64,000 nt of DNA from Phycisphaeraceae bacterium (GTDB taxonomy: Bacteria > Planctomycetota > Phycisphaerae > Phycisphaerales > Phycisphaeraceae), in the NCBI GenBank assembly GCA_963674705.1, contig OY771506.1, positions 4,832,001 through 4,896,000 of the forward strand, given 5' to 3'. The position numbers were made by a program, and so were the translations under genes. Positions within the stretch are counted from its first letter, which is position 1; every line of letters begins with the position of its first letter. Below the pieces are notes generated by a model. It worked only from the letters and a program-made list of their open reading frames with translations. It ran no database searches and was not told the origin of the DNA. Positions 58,772-64,000 of this stretch are shown here, one piece after another.

Positions 58772-59671
58772 TTACATACCGCCCGTCCGTACCCCACGTC
58801 CACGAAAAACCCAAAAACACATCAAACCACACACCACGATTGTTGCAGGCTCCGGCACGTTGATTCCCGTGCTCGGTGGGATGCCCGCGTTCCAGTTGTT
58901 TAACACAATGTCCAGGTCGTCCAGCCCGACATAGCCATCGCCGGAAGGATCGCCGGCCAGCAGGTCGCCCGGGACGACTGTCGCGTTCCAGTTATTCAAG
59001 ATGATGTCAAGATCATCCAGGCCGACGAAGCCGTCGCCATTCAGGTCACCCGCGATCAGGTTACTGCCGTATTCGATAGTATCGACAGCCCACCAGCCGT
59101 CGCCGGAGGAATCGAACTGCAGTTTGATGATTGGCGGCATGTCGTTGAGGTAGATGCCCCAGAACTCCGCGGTATCACCGGTGCCCGGTGCGCTTTCGAG
59201 TTCATAATTAGCCGTCGCACCACCCACAAACGTGACGATAACAGCCGTCCCGGTGTGGTCGATATCCTGAAAGGCGAAGTAGTCGATCGGCGAACTTGAA
59301 AAGTCAAATTCCAGGTACGGCTTTTCATTCTGGCGAAGCGAGTACACGCCCACAGGATTAGAACCCTTAATCGATCCCGCGCCGCTGATGATCTCGGCTA
59401 TGCCGCTGCTGCTGGTATCGGTGATCACCAACCCCGCGGGGAACAGGCCCGTCACCCCCGAGACATTTTCCCCGTTCGTAAAGCCTGTCTCGAAGTCGAC
59501 CAGGTATTGCGGCATCGTAATGCCCACGGCTGCAAGCCAATTATCGCGCGTGGTTACGTTATTCACAGGCTCGCTGCTGTTGAATAACACCACGTCTGCT
59601 TTGACCGGATTAGCGCAAAGAACCATCAGCGCACCGATACCTGCCGATACATGTTGATGTAACCGATTCAC
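58772..59671 (-). CDS. PEP-CTERM protein with dockerin-like repeat
   Basis: GTG 59671 with SD; signal peptide; GDLNGDGFVGLDDLDIILNNWN; VPEPAT + TM + basic tail. Confidence 0.88.
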   Translation of the reverse strand: MNRLHQHVSAGIGALMVLCANPVKADVVLFNSSEPVNNVTTRDNWLAAVGITMPQYLVDFETGFTNGENVSGVTGLFPAGLVITDTSSSGIAEIISGAGSIKGSNPVGVYSLRQNEKPYLEFDFSSSPIDYFAFQDIDHTGTAVIVTFVGGATANYELESAPGTGDTAEFWGIYLNDMPPIIKLQFDSSGDGWWAVDTIEYGSNLIAGDLNGDGFVGLDDLDIILNNWNATVVPGDLLAGDPSGDGYVGLDDLDIVLNNWNAGIPPSTGINVPEPATIVVCGLMCFWVFRGRGVRTGGM

Positions 59672-59892
59672 TTGTTTATCTCCTATCCGAGGTTGAAATG
59701 AACCGACACGCCCCACTGGATCGTTGCCCGGATTCACCACCGGGCACATCGACATCAGTGTAACTTTGCCCCGCCCGAATTCCAAGATCTTTTACTCTGA
59801 TTATGTGGCACTGGCATCCCGATCTACCTCAATATCCCCGCTCGATACCCGGTGCAAGTCTCACGATTGTGCCGAGAACCACGGCGAATAAC

Positions 59893-60067
59893 GCCGGGTG
59901 CCCGTCTTTGACCCGCAGGGCAAAGGCGGTTGACACACAACGACTTCAAGCTTTCGGAAAACCATTCATGTGATCGATTCGTAGATCCGGGCAGCTTTGT
60001 AGGTCCGGGCCTGCCCGGACACGGGTCAAAGCTAGACGAACAGTTGTCCGGGCAGGCCCGGACCTAC
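59893..60067 (+). repeat. Composite REP + GTAG-type REPIN, copy 2
   Basis: Same architecture as 56494-56650; REPIN arms at 59999-60020 and 60046-60067. Confidence 0.9.
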
Positions 60068-60090
60068 ATAGCTTTCATGCGATCGATTCA

Positions 60091-61083
60091 TTAAGGCTGT
60101 GAGGCAGGCTCGTCCGGGGATTCATTGGAAGACTCATCGGCCTCTTCGAAATTTGATAGCAGCTTGCTGACATCGGATATCTTGTTTGAACGGTACACAC
60201 CTTCGCGGTCGATGATCGCGTTTGTCGGGACGGCGTTGATGCCGTAAAGGCGTCCTAGTTCGCTGCCCCAGCCGCGGCCATCGTAGACGTTGTGCCACGG
60301 CATTTCGTGCTTCTTTAAGGTTTCGACAAGTTTCTCGCGATCTTCATCCAGACTCACGCCGATTACCACCACCTGCGGGTCTAGCTGTTCAAGCTGGGTT
60401 TTCAGATGAGGCAACTCCCCCATGCACGGCCCGCACCAGGTCGCCCAGAAGTGCAGGACCACCACTTTGCCTTTCATGTCTTCCAGTTTTAACTTCACAC
60501 CCTGCATATCCGTCACCTCGAACAGCGGCGCGGGGTCGCCGGGATTTAGAAGCGGCTCGTTACCGATCATTACTCGAAGATGCTTGGCGATCGATTCGGG
60601 CGTTTCCTGCTTGAGATTCATACCGATCGCTTCACAGGTAGCCCGGACCCAACGGGCCTGCTTATCATCGACCGATGGGTCATGGATGAATGCGTGTACT
60701 TGCTCGGCCGCCTTATCATCCCCGCCGGCCGTGATCGCAACCAGGGCCATGAACCGGACCATGTCATCGTCATGATGAGTCAGCTTTGCGCAGAACGCAC
60801 GTGCCTGCGGTTCTTGTGCAAGAATGATGATGTCCTTCAAATGTACGGATAGCGATTCTTCATCCGACCAATCTGTGAGAAGCTGTTCACGTTCTTGTTC
60901 AGACAAAGACAACACCAGCTCCGCTGCCTCGACACGCAGCTCGGGCGTAAGTGTAACCTTGTGAGCAGTCATCTCTGAGAGCAACGTATCGAACGGCACG
61001 GGTTCGGCATCAATTGGAGCCAGCGCGAAAGCGGACGGCGAGACCAAGAGCAAACACACGAGAGCGGCAAAATGAAACTTCAT
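60091..61083 (-). CDS. TlpA-like thiol:disulfide oxidoreductase with HEAT-like N-terminus
   Basis: Signal peptide; GKVVVLHFWATWCGPC; YGINAVP. Confidence 0.9.
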   Translation of the reverse strand: MKFHFAALVCLLLVSPSAFALAPIDAEPVPFDTLLSEMTAHKVTLTPELRVEAAELVLSLSEQEREQLLTDWSDEESLSVHLKDIIILAQEPQARAFCAKLTHHDDDMVRFMALVAITAGGDDKAAEQVHAFIHDPSVDDKQARWVRATCEAIGMNLKQETPESIAKHLRVMIGNEPLLNPGDPAPLFEVTDMQGVKLKLEDMKGKVVVLHFWATWCGPCMGELPHLKTQLEQLDPQVVVIGVSLDEDREKLVETLKKHEMPWHNVYDGRGWGSELGRLYGINAVPTNAIIDREGVYRSNKISDVSKLLSNFEEADESSNESPDEPASQP

Positions 61084-61299
61084 CGTTCGATCCTCCGAAA
61101 TGTTGTTGTTCATGACAACAGGTCACCGGAAAAGCTGTGGGTACTATACCAATTAGACGCGGAATAGCCCATATTCTATCCGCCGACTGTCCCAATTTTG
61201 ACCCGAAAGCTAAAGTGTGCTTGAATCACATATAACCACGGAAAAATAATCTCACCGGGAATCTTATACACCCTTAAATCTACATCGACGGGGCCCAAC

Positions 61300-61719
61300 A
61301 TGATCGCAAGACCTGAAGACATTTCACTGGACCTGCAAACCCAGTGGCAGGACCACTTCCACATGCGTGACCAGACGTGGAAGGTCCTTCAGTATTCGAT
61401 CCTCTTCTTCCTCGGCGTCGTGGGCCTTGAAATCAAAGGCGTTGATTCAGGCGTACTCATCGCCAGCTACATCGCTGTTTTCTGTACGGGCATGGCCGGC
61501 ACGATCATCGCGATCCATCACCGCTGGCGCGAAAACGAAAAACTCGAGATGATCAAGATCTACGAACGCGAACTCGGCCTGGATGTCCTCATCAAGCCGG
61601 TCCTGGATAAGGCACACAAGAACTTCCTGGGCATGAGCACGACCGCCTACATCGTCGCCATGCAACTTTCCGTCTCAGCTGTGTCACTGATCCTTTTAGT
61701 CAAACGGATCATGGCCTGA
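61300..61719 (+). CDS. Small multi-TM hypothetical protein
   Basis: Three hydrophobic segments; 139 aa. Confidence 0.7.
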   Translation: MIARPEDISLDLQTQWQDHFHMRDQTWKVLQYSILFFLGVVGLEIKGVDSGVLIASYIAVFCTGMAGTIIAIHHRWRENEKLEMIKIYERELGLDVLIKPVLDKAHKNFLGMSTTAYIVAMQLSVSAVSLILLVKRIMA

Positions 61720-61824
61720 GGATGTTTTTGTACATCAAAAAGGCCATGTACATTTTTATAGCAAGCCAATTGGTTTGGCATGTATACTGTTACCAAACAT
61801 CAACCACTCACCGGGTAACTCAAA

Positions 61825-62361
61825 ATGCTCAACAACACACTTCTTAATCGTGCCGCCGGCTTCTTCCTAATCGTTTCCCTCTTCACGCTCGGTTGCGGCG
61901 AAGCCGAGAACCCGGATGTGGTCAAACGCGAGGGTGAGCCGGACTACGTCCGTTCGGTAGATGATGAACAGATGGATCGCGCCGTCACCAAGGCGAGACA
62001 AACATATATGCAACTGGTCGAAGCGCTGGAGGCTGCGTCTCCCAATCACCACAGCTTTACGGTTAAAAAGCCGTTCAGCACCCCGGACGGCGGATGGGAG
62101 CACATGTGGATCAACCCGATCACCTGGGATGGCGAAAAGTTCCTCGGCGAGGTCAACAACGAGCCGGTCGATACGAAAGAGGTCAAGCTCGGTGACATCG
62201 TGACGATAACCCCCGAAGAACTGTCCGACTGGATGTACATCGATGGCAAAACCGTCGTCGGCGGCTACACGCTACGTGTCCTGCATTACCAGATGTCTGC
62301 CGAAGAACAGAAAGCCTTCGAAGAAAGCACGGGCCTCGTCATCCCGCCGGTGGACTTCTAA
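61825..62361 (+). CDS. YegJ/DUF2314-family lipoprotein
   Basis: Lipobox TLGC; DEQMDRAVTKAR, EHMW, NNEP, SDWMY...GGYT. Confidence 0.88.
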   Translation: MLNNTLLNRAAGFFLIVSLFTLGCGEAENPDVVKREGEPDYVRSVDDEQMDRAVTKARQTYMQLVEALEAASPNHHSFTVKKPFSTPDGGWEHMWINPITWDGEKFLGEVNNEPVDTKEVKLGDIVTITPEELSDWMYIDGKTVVGGYTLRVLHYQMSAEEQKAFEESTGLVIPPVDF

Positions 62362-62459
62362 TTTCTGCATGTCGGACCTGCTCGCTCCCCATGCTAGCAG
62401 CGGGCATGCACAGTTAAGACATCGACATAAGACAAGTTAAACACCCAGGGGATACGATT

Positions 62460-62861
62460 ATGAATCGATACGACCGTATCATCATTCTCATTACCAGAAT
62501 ACTGCTCGGACTGTCGTTACTCACGTTTTTTTTAGCCATGCTCTATCCTATGGGAGATGCAAGCAGACCGTTCGAAGGTTCTCAGGTCTACCCCGACGGC
62601 ACGATCAATCGAAAGAACTTCGAATTTCTATCGGGTGATCTGGAGTATGACAAGTTCATGTTAGAGGATAGACTCAACAGGTTGGAGTACGAGACACATA
62701 TAATTGCCAATATTAAGCACCTGTACGAGAATTCGGCGAATATCTTTTTGGTGTCATGGGTACTACTCTTCTCCGTGTTCTTGTTACAGGTGTTAGCGGT
62801 TCCCAAATACTGCATAATCAAACGCATATCGGTCAATACCTCCCCAGCCCCATCCACATAA
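62460..62861 (+). CDS. Hypothetical 2-TM protein (lower GC)
   Basis: Two TM segments flanking a soluble loop. Confidence 0.6.
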   Translation: MNRYDRIIILITRILLGLSLLTFFLAMLYPMGDASRPFEGSQVYPDGTINRKNFEFLSGDLEYDKFMLEDRLNRLEYETHIIANIKHLYENSANIFLVSWVLLFSVFLLQVLAVPKYCIIKRISVNTSPAPST

Positions 62862-63036
62862 GAAAATTGGATGCGCCCCATCTTCGCAGGATTACGGGAG
62901 CGTAATCCATATCAATACGACTTGGCCCCCGCCCCCGCGGCGCGCTACACTATAGGCAGCGCGTCCGCCGTATCCATCTGACTTTCAGGACGCCGAATCA
63001 CTTCTTCTTTTTCATTTCTATCGAAAGGAGCCGAAC

Positions 63037-63462
63037 ATGAGCTTGGTAGCGCAACGTGAACAGGTCTGGGTCGCGCCGATCGATGATGCCCCCGGCGGGC
63101 TATATGAAAAACTCACCGCCTTGGCGCAGGTTGGGGTAAACCTGACATTTGTGATCGCCCGACGGGCCGACAACGATCCGGGCAAGGGTGTCGTGTTCGT
63201 CACGCCGATCACGGGTGATCGACAAAGGCAAGCGGCAACGGAGGCCGGTTTCCACGCCAGCTCGACCATGCACGCCGTGCGTGTCGAAGGCGCGGACCGT
63301 GCCGGGCTTGGCGAGGTCATTACACAGAAACTCGCCGATGCCGGGCTCAACCTGCGCGGCCTGTCGGCGGCCTCGATCGATGGCAAGTGCGTCATGCACC
63401 TGGCATTGGATACCGAAGCCGACGCCGCCAAAGCGCTCGACCTGATGCAGCACGTGCGATAG
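63037..63462 (+). CDS. ACT-domain protein (two ACT repeats)
   Basis: SD AAGGAG; DDAPGGL...GVNL and DRAGL...GLNL. Confidence 0.85.
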   Translation: MSLVAQREQVWVAPIDDAPGGLYEKLTALAQVGVNLTFVIARRADNDPGKGVVFVTPITGDRQRQAATEAGFHASSTMHAVRVEGADRAGLGEVITQKLADAGLNLRGLSAASIDGKCVMHLALDTEADAAKALDLMQHVR

Positions 63463-63653
63463 GGATCGGGTATCGGATGTTGAGAGACGACGTCTCAGGC
63501 TCATCTTGCAGATTCGGACCCGTTCAACTGCAAGTACACTCATTCCACACAATAGACCACAGGGCCTAGCCCATGTGATATATACTTGTGCACGCCATTG
63601 GTGTGATGTGGCACATTCAACTTAACGTTAGTCACAGACAAACCGGAAACACT

Positions 63654-64000
63654 ATGTACATTACCAAGCCTGCCAAGCCCTGCTTTTCAGCGAACAAGTT
63701 CGGCGTCACCCACCTTATCCTGCTAATCTGTCTGACCATGTGCGCCACCCCGCAAAACGCTACCGCCTCCGAACCCGATTCTCAATCCGAACCCATCGTC
63801 GGCATGTGGGTCTGGAAGGATCAATGGATCAACACCAACGCTGAACAGGATCGGCTCATCGCGTTCTGCAAGCAGTACAACATCAACCGCCTGCTGCTGA
63901 ACGTCCATTACGATGTGGATGAATCGCACGGGTACCAGCCGACCATCCGATACCCCAAAGAACTGACGCGCATCCTCTCTCTAGCGCGCGACACCGGCAT
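63654..64000 (+). CDS. Secreted hypothetical protein, possibly TIM-barrel glycoside hydrolase-like (partial)
   Basis: Hand translation open to the window end: signal-like segment, then GMWVW...DRLIAFCKQYNINRLLL. Confidence 0.6.
   Translation, partial: MYITKPAKPCFSANKFGVTHLILLICLTMCATPQNATASEPDSQSEPIVGMWVWKDQWINTNAEQDRLIAFCKQYNINRLLLNVHYDVDESHGYQPTIRYPKELTRILSLARDTG

Noticed and set aside
56353..60067. Recurring 42-bp repeat as a CRISPR array
   Set aside because: Spacing is irregular (about 100 bp to over 3 kb), whole genes lie between copies, and no cas genes are present; it fits REP elements.
55300..62900. Classical integron cassette array
   Set aside because: No IntI, no convincing RYYYAAC...GTTRRRY attC sites seen by eye, and genes lie on both strands.

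Overview
This window looks like a Planctomycetota (probably Phycisphaerae-type) chromosome segment. The evidence is PEP-CTERM proteins with dockerin-like tails, prepilin/DUF1559-type proteins and lineage-typical intergenic repeats. The left ~34 kb is accessory DNA downstream of a tRNA-Ile(GAT) gene (34107-34179, minus). A 45-bp copy of the tRNA 3' end at 13351-13395 bounds a ~20.7-kb island carrying a putative sialic/ulosonic-acid or complex-glycan locus. A duplicated island-end signature at 3303-3356 suggests a second, tandem ~10-kb island carrying a LacI-controlled GH10 xylanase locus. This part also holds IS30, IS3 and rve-type IS elements and several pseudogenes. The right part is core-like: CsgG-like protein, nrfHA, GH35, YeiH/LysR, guaB, hemB, UbiD family, proC, tyrA and accA. 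It ends in a patch of small unrelated genes separated by REP/REPIN-like elements. Most notable are a shared regulator + pilin-like + PEP-CTERM + CAZyme locus design, an unnamed CBM-like domain present four times, microsatellite units translated in frame inside core enzymes, and local strand-composition flips centred on repeat elements. All calls come from motif recognition by eye; no searches were run.
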